DNA of 28,129 nucleotides from Candidatus Thorarchaeota archaeon (GCA_016933575.1 JAFGAR010000099.1:1-28129), one strand, 5' to 3'. Counted from the stretch's first letter, positions 19,126-27,753 are shown. The notes: generated by a model not told the origin, from the letters alone. Made by a program: numbers and translations.

Positions 19126-19527
19126 ATGTCTGGAAACGATGATGTTGTCTATATCGATGAGGAAGGAAATGTGATTTCTGCGAATAGAGTTTCAAAAACC
19201 TCAAAGCAACCCAAAGGAGCTTTATCAGCAATACGGGATAATTTGGGAGAGTTCTCCAACGATAGAAATGACGGTTCTGATGTTGTCTATATAGACGAGG
19301 AAGGGAATGTGATATCTGGAAACCGAGTCCCATCAACGACAGATGCGGAGAAGGGCGCAAAGACAGCAATTCGAGATAATCTTGGTGAATTCTCAGAGAA
19401 TAGAGATCAAGTATCGAAGGTCGTTCATGTAGATGAAGAAGGTAATGTGATATCTACATCAGAGGAAGATGAAGAACCTGAGAAGCAGATAACAGCTATT
19501 CGTGATAACCTTGGAGAATTTAGGTAG
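19126..19527 (+). CDS. Three-unit tandem-repeat peptide protein; putative conjugation-tag or RiPP-like precursor
   Basis: Units of 44, 46 and 43 aa, each VV[YH][IV]DEEGNVIS-variable-AIRDNLGEF[S/R]. DNA differences within the motifs are mostly synonymous, supporting that it is coding. Function is inferred. Confidence 0.8.
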   Translation: MSGNDDVVYIDEEGNVISANRVSKTSKQPKGALSAIRDNLGEFSNDRNDGSDVVYIDEEGNVISGNRVPSTTDAEKGAKTAIRDNLGEFSENRDQVSKVVHVDEEGNVISTSEEDEEPEKQITAIRDNLGEFR

Positions 19528-19540
19528 AGGGAGATCAGAC

Positions 19541-19984
19541 ATGAAGCGAGGACAGAGCTATCACATGGGCGTTAGTCGGGAGATACTCATAATGGGTGCT
19601 GATTTGAATCGTCCTCGCATGAGAGTCGAATATGAGAGAGTTTCGCAGTTTTGCAAGGGATTCAGCTTCAAGAAGAAAACTTTGGCGGGAAAAGAGGTAC
19701 TAGACAGAGTTGAGGGATATTTCACCATCGAGGGTAGACGATTCGGACTTCGTATCATGATTCCAAAGAACTATCCATACGAGATCCCGAGGGTATTTCC
19801 CCTTGGGTGGAGGCCCCAAGGAGCACCTCATCAATACTGCGGTGGTGATCTCTGTTTGATGCGACCCGAACAGTGGAATGAGATATACTCCCTCGCTTTC
19901 GTCATCAAAAAGGCGCAATACTGGGTTCACAAGTATCTCAAATGGCGAATGACCGGAAAGTGGCCTGGTAGGTCTCAAGATTAG
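19541..19984 (+). CDS. Prokaryotic E2 (UBC-fold) conjugating enzyme
   Basis: IPKNYPYEIPRV, PHQY-x3-DLCL (catalytic Cys), downstream W, and C-terminal W-x3-G-x-WPG. Confidence 0.85.
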   Translation: MKRGQSYHMGVSREILIMGADLNRPRMRVEYERVSQFCKGFSFKKKTLAGKEVLDRVEGYFTIEGRRFGLRIMIPKNYPYEIPRVFPLGWRPQGAPHQYCGGDLCLMRPEQWNEIYSLAFVIKKAQYWVHKYLKWRMTGKWPGRSQD

Positions 19985-19995
19985 GAGGCGAAAGG

Positions 19996-20847
19996 ATGGA
20001 TTTCGATAGAATTCAGTATATTCTTGCACCAGAGGAACTTGAAAAGAAGCGAGTCGTTGTGATAGGCCTGGGAAGTGGAGGTGCTCCTGTCGTTCAGCAT
20101 CTTGCTATGAGCGGGGTCCGCAAGTGGTCTTTGTTTGATCCCGATCTCCTTGATGAAGTGAACCTTGTCAAACATCCTGGGATGCGAAAGGACCTAGGGA
20201 AGACTAAGATCGCTGTGATAGCTGAATGGCTAATGGATAGGAATCCAGATTCCGAGATCCGAGAATTCCCTGAGGATATCCTCGATTCAACAGACTTCGA
20301 GAGAGAGGCTAGAAATGCGCATCTTATCATCTCTGCAACTGATACACTTTCAGTTCGGCAGTTCATCAATAGAATCGCTGTGAGGCATGGTATTCCTTGT
20401 GTCACTGCCAGCGTCTTTCGAACAGCTTTCGGAGGAGAAGTGTACTCGTATATCCCCGGGAAAACTGGATGCTATCAGTGTATGAACATCGTCAGCGGTA
20501 AGCTGGGTTGGGGGAATATCGAGAATCAAGTTGAGATGACTGAAGATGAACAGGACCGAATATACGGACTCGGTCAGGAAGATTATCGAGCATCAGGTCT
20601 ATCGATGGACATCGCGATAATTTCAGCGATTATGGCAAAAAGAGCCCTAAGCCTTCTATTAGATTCTCCCAATCCAGTTTATTTTCCCCAGGATTCCTCC
20701 AATTATCTGATTTTCTATATGCGTGGAATGGGATCAATCCCCTCGCTGTCAAGCTTGAAGTATGCAATTCCTGCTCAGAAGGATTGCTTCTGTTCGTTTA
20801 ACGACGGCGAAGAATCAGCTGCTAATGAAATCAGTGACCTGGAGTGA
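19996..20847 (+). CDS. ThiF/MoeB/E1-like adenylating enzyme
   Basis: VVVIGLGSGG, FDPD-x5-NLVKH, DLGKTK, SATD, GCYQC and C-terminal CFC. Confidence 0.93.
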   Translation: MDFDRIQYILAPEELEKKRVVVIGLGSGGAPVVQHLAMSGVRKWSLFDPDLLDEVNLVKHPGMRKDLGKTKIAVIAEWLMDRNPDSEIREFPEDILDSTDFEREARNAHLIISATDTLSVRQFINRIAVRHGIPCVTASVFRTAFGGEVYSYIPGKTGCYQCMNIVSGKLGWGNIENQVEMTEDEQDRIYGLGQEDYRASGLSMDIAIISAIMAKRALSLLLDSPNPVYFPQDSSNYLIFYMRGMGSIPSLSSLKYAIPAQKDCFCSFNDGEESAANEISDLE

Positions 20848-21884
20848 TATGGATGAAACTAAAGGGATTTTTGCAGAAACAAGAAAGAGTTCTCTATCTC
20901 ACTCAACTACGGGAATCATTTGGCCTCGATAGGGTGATTATCTCAACCAATCTACTCAACTCAATGGTCAATCGAGCCAGCGAATATCCCGTCATGGAAG
21001 AAGGCGGTGTGCTGGTTGGATATATTGAAAGCGATTGGGATCCGTTGAATGGTTTCTCTAATCCCCATGCGAAGATTCATATCGTGAACTTTATCCCAAG
21101 TGGTCCACGAGCGCAAAGGTCTTCTACCCATCTATTTTCAGACCTTACATTTCAGGAATTTGAGTTTCAAAGACTTCATGATATCGATCCTAACATGCTA
21201 CATCTTGGTAGCTGGCACAGTCACCACTGTAATGGATTGAAGAATCTAAGTGAAGGTGATCTAAATTCATACTTCAATATTCTCCACTCAAAGAATCATG
21301 CCCATGACTTCTATCTGGCAGTACTTCTACATACCTTTCCTACTGGTAGGTTGAGAAAGAAAAGTGAAGTAATGCATTCCTTCTCTTTCTACTTGATATC
21401 TCGAAAAACCGGAAAGACCGTGTTCATCTTGGACAGTTCTTGTATTGAAGTAACTCAGGATCTTGTGCTATATGCAGATTTCATTAGTTCAGGATACGAG
21501 CTTCCAACTGAATTAGATGTTCAAGAGAAGCGTGAAAGATCATGGTTCATTAGAGATCAAGCGAAGGAGATTTTGAAAGAGGACAATATTTTACTTAGTT
21601 CATTACTATCCGAGTTTCCCTATATTATTCAAGGCAACTCTATTGTCATAGAAGGCACATACGCTCTTAGACTAGTACGTCGATACTATGCAGGAAACAC
21701 CTTGATCGAATACCAATATCCGGAAACAACTGATGCTGAAGGAATAGAGATCCTCCTGTACGATATTTCCCAGATGGAAAACGAACATAGTGATCTGACG
21801 CTCAAAATCAGGGCTGGTCCGATTAGTATTCGGCATGAGATCTTCTCAGTGGTGCTGGGTTATTTTCAAGAATCTTGGACCTAA
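20844..21884 (+). CDS. JAB/JAMM (MPN+) metallopeptidase with unknown C-terminal domain
   Basis: EEGGVLVG and LGSWHSHH-x7-SEGD; start overlaps the E1 stop (GTGA). Confidence 0.9.
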   Translation: MIWMKLKGFLQKQERVLYLTQLRESFGLDRVIISTNLLNSMVNRASEYPVMEEGGVLVGYIESDWDPLNGFSNPHAKIHIVNFIPSGPRAQRSSTHLFSDLTFQEFEFQRLHDIDPNMLHLGSWHSHHCNGLKNLSEGDLNSYFNILHSKNHAHDFYLAVLLHTFPTGRLRKKSEVMHSFSFYLISRKTGKTVFILDSSCIEVTQDLVLYADFISSGYELPTELDVQEKRERSWFIRDQAKEILKEDNILLSSLLSEFPYIIQGNSIVIEGTYALRLVRRYYAGNTLIEYQYPETTDAEGIEILLYDISQMENEHSDLTLKIRAGPISIRHEIFSVVLGYFQESWT

Positions 21885-21893
21885 GGAAACATC

Positions 21894-22505
21894 TCACTCA
21901 TATTGATTTCTTATCTTTGTAATCATCTCATTAAGATCGTTGATATCGGTGAGTACAATTTCTGCGTCATCGGAATCGAGCTCATATACAGGTTTCCCCA
22001 TGATTTCAGGACTGAACCTCCGAAGCCAGTAGTATGATAATGTTACCTTTCGTTCGTACCTATTGTTGAGGATATATCCCGCTAAGACCGCGCTTGATGC
22101 CATCGTTTTTCTTCCTGCTGTAGTATCTATTATGATCCTTTCGTTTCTTGCCGTCTTGTGAAAAATCCCTTCCGTTATGCACTTTACACCAAGGCTTAGG
22201 TTCTCTTCAGGTATCCATACTATGTCGTCTGGGTGGAAGGTGATATCATCCAATCCATCCGAATGCATATGTTCAAGATTCTTCGTAAGCAGATCAATTA
22301 CCTCTTTGACATACTGCTGACTCGTAGATGAGGGTTCTGCTCTCTCATCCCAAGATGTGACAAAGAAGATGTCACCTATTGGAACATGTCTATCGTCCAT
22401 CAAATAGGATGCTATCGAATTCGCACAGGCAATTGGCGTTATTCCTACAACCGAAAAATAGGACCCCGTTGGTTTCAGCCTCAAGAAAAGCAACACTCCT
22501 ATCAA
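21894..22505 (-). CDS. Stand-alone CARF domain protein (candidate ring nuclease or cOA sensor)
   Basis: SVVGITP, FFVTS and IIIDTTAGRKTMAS CARF motifs; no effector domain; start uncertain. Confidence 0.75.
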   Translation of the reverse strand: MIGVLLFLRLKPTGSYFSVVGITPIACANSIASYLMDDRHVPIGDIFFVTSWDERAEPSSTSQQYVKEVIDLLTKNLEHMHSDGLDDITFHPDDIVWIPEENLSLGVKCITEGIFHKTARNERIIIDTTAGRKTMASSAVLAGYILNNRYERKVTLSYYWLRRFSPEIMGKPVYELDSDDAEIVLTDINDLNEMITKIRNQYE

Positions 22506-22682
22506 CTAGATTTCTCATTAGCTCTTTCAAATACTCGGTGTGGTCCCAACTGCATATTTAACACTTGAGTAGGAAAGATTCCTTCGTACTAGCATCCTTA
22601 TGGGATATTACTCCCATAAATATTGAATCGAAAGAAAAGTAAAAACCTCATGTCTGAAATGATCATGATATTGATTAAGCAC

Positions 22683-24698
22683 TCATTCAAAAGACATCTC
22701 AATATGGCTTCTTTCATGAATATTCTCATTGACATTTGTGTTTGGGTGGGTACTCTCAGATGTCGTATCTAACCTTTCTCTGTGAAAGAGCACTATTGAT
22801 TCATATCGTATGTTTCCTCTGAGGGATTTCTCAAGGGGTCGCTTCAAATACATCTTAGGATTCAGTCCATGATTAGATCCAAGTTCAATTAGGATTCTAT
22901 CATTTTCAACTTCTAAGAATGTTCCATGGTTTGATCTACTACGCCCCCTTGAGTTGAATGTCGCTTTTAGTCGCGTATCCACTAGAAGTGATAAAAGATC
23001 CTGCTGTGTTAGGAGTATACTCCTAGCAGATTTTTCGAAATGCGCATCATCTAAGAGATACAACTCCCCCGTACCAGTTGAAGCAACTCTCTCGTCTGAG
23101 ATCTTCAAATGATTGTTGCCAATTACAATGGCAATCCGTGATCCATGGACAAGAGTGGATGTTTGAGCCTCCAGCGACCTGTCGAGGAAGAGAATGAACT
23201 CTGCAATAGACATTGCTTCACGACTTCTTCCAAAATCTACGAGCGCCTTAACTAACGTCTTTCCATAATCTGTTGGGATCAATTCTATATTGCATTTCCT
23301 ACTTTTTCTTCTTGGATTCCCTGCTAGTCGCTGATCAAGCGTTTGAAGATCCTCCTCCGATTGAATGAATCCCATCAATATCATTTGTTCCAGATCATTC
23401 CCAATATAATCAATTGCAGTGGAATAGGGTGGAGAGTTTACTCCCGCTCGCATGGGTCCCAATTTTCGGAAGACTCCGATATCCGATGCATCTCCTCTTA
23501 CAATAACACTTCTTCCATGGTTCACTCCCAGTTTCCGCCTAATAATCGAGGATAGGATTCCAGTACGATAGATCAATTGGCATCTATCACTAAAGAGGGC
23601 AAAGGCATCCGTTTTCTTCTTCTTCTTCTTTTGAGAACTAATAGCCATGGTCAATCCCAGTTCAAGTAGAGGTTTTAGACAATCAGGGGATCTCATAATA
23701 AACTGCTTTATCCATATGAGATCAGAAAATTTGGTCATGTCATGCTTCAATATCCCTTGCGATTCTTCAGATCGGATACCTCCTAAGTCTTCACGATAGT
23801 CTTGAACTACATCACAGTATTGTCTGTAGTACTCTAAACTATCATCTGTCATAGATAATAGATCTGTTTTCGATTGAGCGACTGCTATCGCGACAGGATT
23901 GATGTCCATTCCTATTCCATCAAGTCCCATCAGATTGGTTTCAATCAAAGACGTGCCGCTACCGGAGAAGCAGTCAATGACGATCCCCCTTTCCTGTGGA
24001 TGTACAATGTTAACTAAGGCTTTTGCCAGTCGCGGATGAAATCGACCTTTGTAGGGATATAACGCGTGAGATAGATAAAGCGAGGGTTCCTTCCTCTCAG
24101 CTACATAGTCCAAGAGCCGTTTTCCTACCCGTGCCCCAGCAGAGGCTGGTATTCGTTTTAGCATATTGAATCGGCTGGAAACGATCCTATCAAAGAACTT
24201 CTCCATTGTGAGAGTTGGGAGAGTTTTTGTCACCTTTAAGATGTACTCGCTCATCTCAATGAAAAACTGATGGGCGATTAGGCGTATTGCTCTCTTCTCT
24301 CCAATTGCGAACACTTGCCTATCAATCCCAAGCATCTCCGATTTTTCTAGTGAGGATACCTTTCTATCACCGATGGCGTATATTTCAGATGTATATGCAA
24401 GTCGCCGCTGGAGTTTTTGAACAACTGATTCATCATCTACATCAACCCTGAATCCCTGAGTCGGTCCGTATGCCACTTCGAATAGAAAATAATCCTGGAA
24501 TCGAATAGACTCTATAATTGGTTCAGATGATATTCTATTCATGAAGGACTTGAATGGCTCTATGTGTAGCTCATCTACGAGATTGACAATGGGTTCTGGT
24601 TTTTTTCCTGTGATACTTTCGATCTCTAGTTGTGCGAGGTAGATTTCATGTTCGTCTTTGATGGTTTTTGAGAGTTTAAGGATCGTATACACTTGCAC
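22683..24698 (-). CDS. Amino-DNA methyltransferase (probably N4-cytosine) with N-terminal extension
   Basis: HALYPYKGRFHP, IDCFSGSGTS (motif I), MDINP, NSPPY (motif IV). Confidence 0.85.
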   Translation of the reverse strand: MQVYTILKLSKTIKDEHEIYLAQLEIESITGKKPEPIVNLVDELHIEPFKSFMNRISSEPIIESIRFQDYFLFEVAYGPTQGFRVDVDDESVVQKLQRRLAYTSEIYAIGDRKVSSLEKSEMLGIDRQVFAIGEKRAIRLIAHQFFIEMSEYILKVTKTLPTLTMEKFFDRIVSSRFNMLKRIPASAGARVGKRLLDYVAERKEPSLYLSHALYPYKGRFHPRLAKALVNIVHPQERGIVIDCFSGSGTSLIETNLMGLDGIGMDINPVAIAVAQSKTDLLSMTDDSLEYYRQYCDVVQDYREDLGGIRSEESQGILKHDMTKFSDLIWIKQFIMRSPDCLKPLLELGLTMAISSQKKKKKKTDAFALFSDRCQLIYRTGILSSIIRRKLGVNHGRSVIVRGDASDIGVFRKLGPMRAGVNSPPYSTAIDYIGNDLEQMILMGFIQSEEDLQTLDQRLAGNPRRKSRKCNIELIPTDYGKTLVKALVDFGRSREAMSIAEFILFLDRSLEAQTSTLVHGSRIAIVIGNNHLKISDERVASTGTGELYLLDDAHFEKSARSILLTQQDLLSLLVDTRLKATFNSRGRSRSNHGTFLEVENDRILIELGSNHGLNPKMYLKRPLEKSLRGNIRYESIVLFHRERLDTTSESTHPNTNVNENIHERSHIEMSFE

Positions 24699-24981
24699 AC
24701 CTCATTGGCAGGGTGTTGTTATCATCTGCATTAAAAAGCACAACACCTGTTTTAGATAACAACAACGACTTTTTTGCGATCTTGCTATAGAAGATCGACA
24801 TTTGTCGATCAATGTCCGGAAAGAACTCCTCATAGGACCGTGCGATCAAGCTGGATATTGGAGGACAAAGAACATTTCCAATCTTGGCTGATTTCATCGA
24901 AATTAGTATTTTACGCACTGAATATCTGATAATAGCGGAGATTAGAAATCTTCATCTCATACTATGGGACACATATCCTAG

Positions 24982-25269
24982 GTGAATACGGTGAGCACGG
25001 AACATAGCAATGTGAAACAAGCATTGGAGGAGTATTTCTCAAAGAGGCCTAATTACAATCTCCAAGGATTTGGAAGGTACAGAAAAGAGCAGATTAGTCG
25101 AGGAACTGGACTATTTCTTGTTGAAGTATTTGTTGAGCAGAGGACTGAGAAATACTATGCTTTGGTTACAACATCTCGAGCGCGCCCTCAAGGAATCATC
25201 GTGTTGAATGCAACTCAGATTTCAACTGTTGTAAAGATGCTAATTGATGGATTAGACGAGGAATTCTAG
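24982..25269 (+). CDS. Hypothetical protein
   Basis: 95-aa ORF of normal composition; no motif recognised. Confidence 0.55.
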   Translation: MNTVSTEHSNVKQALEEYFSKRPNYNLQGFGRYRKEQISRGTGLFLVEVFVEQRTEKYYALVTTSRARPQGIIVLNATQISTVVKMLIDGLDEEF

Positions 25270-25458
25270 AGCCTGACTCTGAAATCTCCTTCCTTCGGAT
25301 GGCCCATTCGGTGCTGCTGTCTTAGACTCGTTCATTGCAACGCTTAGTTTCGAGGATTCACTGATACTGTTTGTGGAAAACAAGCAAATAGATAGCCCAA
25401 GAACAACAACTACATCTGGGGATGAAAGCAGGAACTATTCGCCCAGTTTTTCGACGGG

Positions 25459-25887
25459 CTACTTCTGCTTCGCTCTGGCTCGGGCATCATTCTCCTCGAC
25501 CCGAGCGAGGACGATCCTCTTGATGATCGCTGACGGAAGCGCCTTCTCGATGGGGATGTGGAGCGTGGCCGTGGTGGTCTCGTAGCCCACCAGCTCCTCC
25601 TTCATCGCCTTCATGACCTTCGGGCTCATGACATGGAAGCTGATGAACTGCTTCTTCCTTCGTTGCGTCTGCGAGACGGAGAAGCCCACAAGATGGCCAT
25701 GATGGAGAAAGGTCGGGACGTTGTAGCTGATCCTCTCGACCGCGTCAGGCACGACCTTCTTGACCAGTGCCCGGAGCCTCTCGAGCGGCCCTTGCATGAC
25801 CTCGGGGACCGTGGAGATGTACTCGTCAATAGTAGCGACGGGCTCGCCCTTCATCGAAGGATTTCCGCTAGAACTGACTTTCCTCAT
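25459..25887 (-). CDS. DUF1801/YdhG-like protein
   Basis: TIDEYI...LERLRALV...PDAVERISYNVPTF...LP-x2-IIKRIV; GC-rich third positions; RBS GAGGAG. Confidence 0.85.
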   Translation of the reverse strand: MRKVSSSGNPSMKGEPVATIDEYISTVPEVMQGPLERLRALVKKVVPDAVERISYNVPTFLHHGHLVGFSVSQTQRRKKQFISFHVMSPKVMKAMKEELVGYETTTATLHIPIEKALPSAIIKRIVLARVEENDARARAKQK

Positions 25888-26268
25888 AGGCTCTCCTCGC
25901 TGAGGAAACTAATGAACCCGCTCATTGCGGACAGTCCCAGCGGTCATGGCGGCATCTGAGCAGTATGATTAGCAAGGAGAGGCAATGACGATGCACTGTC
26001 CGAGTTCACTGACCTTTAACTTTGTCACTCTTGCTAACTGAACTGACCACTTCGACTAGCTACAGGTCCTAAAGGATGATTCGTCTGGCTACAGTGGTAG
26101 CCAGGGCCAATTCTTCAGCACGGGGGATCATTCGGAATCAGGATTACATACCAACCACCAGTATCATTCGACCAATCCTTGGAAGAAATAGGATTTACTC
26201 AAATTCAAGGAAAAAGCATGAGCATAGCGTAGTCTTATCACTATGCTCACGAGGTTAATCGATTATCT

Positions 26269-26763
26269 TCAATAATATAGATGACGCGGATTTGGAAACG
26301 GATATAGACCGTCGTCAGGGATGATAATGTAGAATGAATGGTGAACAGTTATCCATCCTACGTGCCAACCGAAGAAGTATGTTTTGATATGGATATCAAA
26401 AGTGATGGTGGTCTTGATAGCACAGGTATATAGCTGGCTTCGAAGATAGCTGAAAGACGTAGAGGTCGTAATCGTTCCTTTGTTCTGAGTTACAACATAG
26501 TTCTCAGTTTGATATGTCACTACTACATTCGTGAGATACATACCATTACTCAAAGTAATGTATACGTAGTGTTTTGCATTCCTGTAATAAAACTCAGGGC
26601 TATCTGGAGAACAGTGTCCTCCCTCCACTCTAAGAGTGACATGACTATCATACAGAAGTGCGTCAAAAAACACCACACTCCTTTCAGCAGCTGTTGCGTA
26701 TGGCCACGCGCTCACTGAGGGTATGACAGCGAAGCTCATTACCATTCCAAGAACTAGCATCAC
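26269..26763 (-). CDS. Hypothetical secreted/surface protein
   Basis: Signal-peptide-like N-terminus (…IPSVSA), followed by beta-rich Thr/Tyr-rich sequence. Confidence 0.55.
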   Translation of the reverse strand: MMLVLGMVMSFAVIPSVSAWPYATAAERSVVFFDALLYDSHVTLRVEGGHCSPDSPEFYYRNAKHYVYITLSNGMYLTNVVVTYQTENYVVTQNKGTITTSTSFSYLRSQLYTCAIKTTITFDIHIKTYFFGWHVGWITVHHSFYIIIPDDGLYPFPNPRHLYY

Positions 26764-26796
26764 TGATAGTATCTTATGATGATCATCGCGAATCAG

Positions 26797-27036
26797 TTAT
26801 TCCTCCTTTATTTGAATACCTTTAAGTTCAAGCGAAGCAAATGCTTCTTCCATATTACGGATTTCTTGAACTCTCGATTGATGTATTGCGACGTGTATTA
26901 GGTCCTTCTTGTGACACTCATCACACATCACGCTATATGAGGTATCAATCTCTGGATAACATCCAATTCCGAGGATGATGATAGAAACAGCACTGGATAT
27001 TGCAGCTAATAACGGGGTCCCGACACCGATTGCCAT
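26797..27036 (-). CDS. Small hypothetical membrane-anchored protein
   Basis: One hydrophobic segment and a CDEC motif; weak support. Confidence 0.35.
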   Translation of the reverse strand: MAIGVGTPLLAAISSAVSIIILGIGCYPEIDTSYSVMCDECHKKDLIHVAIHQSRVQEIRNMEEAFASLELKGIQIKEE

Positions 27037-27117
27037 CTCAAGTTGATACTTGATCGATGGCTACTCTCCTGAGGGCACTGAGAGGTTTGATTATGAAGCG
27101 AGCTCATTGCAGTAGAG

Positions 27118-27690
27118 ATGCCCGAGTTCACAGCCCTCGTATTCAGAGAGGTCACCCCCGCCACCTGGGCCGACTTCGAGACCTTCTTCCAGAACGACCC
27201 TGCCTGCAACATGTGCTGGTGCATGTACTGGCGGAAGCCCCGCTCCCAGCTCTTCGGGCACGCGACGGAGAACAAGGCGGACATGCAGCGTATCGTGCAC
27301 ACGGACACGGTCCCGGGATTCCTTGCCTACAAGGACGGGCAGGTCGTGGGGTGGTGCTCAGTGGCTCCCCGCAGCCACTACTCGGGACTGGACAGGTCCC
27401 CGCCCCTGAAGCCCATCGATGACGAGCCCGTCTGGTCCATCACCTGCTTCGTCGTGGCGAAGGGATATCACAGGAAGGGCATGACGACCGCCCTCATCAA
27501 GGAGGCGGTTCGGTACGCGAAGGAGCACGGGGCGACCATCGTCGAGGCCTATCCCCTGGTCAATCCTGATGGGAAGTTCAGGAAGCCCGGGGAGAGCTTC
27601 ATGGGCTTCGCGAGCACCTTCGAGGAGCTGGGCTTCACGCAGGTTTCTGAGCGGTCCGAGGTCAGGAACATCATGCGGCTCAATCTATGA
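27118..27690 (+). CDS. GNAT family N-acetyltransferase
   Basis: CWCMYWR, VVGWCSVAPR, VWSITCFVV-x3-YHRKGM (acetyl-CoA motif), VEAYP, FEELGF. Confidence 0.92.
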   Translation: MPEFTALVFREVTPATWADFETFFQNDPACNMCWCMYWRKPRSQLFGHATENKADMQRIVHTDTVPGFLAYKDGQVVGWCSVAPRSHYSGLDRSPPLKPIDDEPVWSITCFVVAKGYHRKGMTTALIKEAVRYAKEHGATIVEAYPLVNPDGKFRKPGESFMGFASTFEELGFTQVSERSEVRNIMRLNL

Positions 27691-27719
27691 TAAATTGCTT
27701 TAATCATCCCAAAGAGGTG

Positions 27720-27753
27720 AAAAAAAGAGAAGGAGGAGGTCAGCACCCCCTCC
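27720..27753 (-). terminator. Hairpin plus T-tract between convergent genes
   Basis: Minus strand reads GGAGGGGGT-GCTG-ACCTCCTCC followed by TTCTCTTTTTTT. Confidence 0.55.

Noticed and set aside
19541-21884. Calling the module type II CBASS, Bil, or thiamine/molybdopterin biosynthesis
   Set aside because: No CD-NTase, beta-grasp Ubl or ThiS/MoaD is recognisable in the window, and an E2 is not part of cofactor synthesis.
25961-26045. Imperfect inverted repeat (TTAGCAAG...CTTGCTAA) as an integron attC site
   Set aside because: Core-site orientation does not fit RYYYAAC...GTTRRRY, there is one copy only, and no integrase is present.
25558-27422. Alternative long ORFs overlapping the DUF1801 and GNAT genes
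   Set aside because: Shadow frames typical of GC-rich coding DNA.
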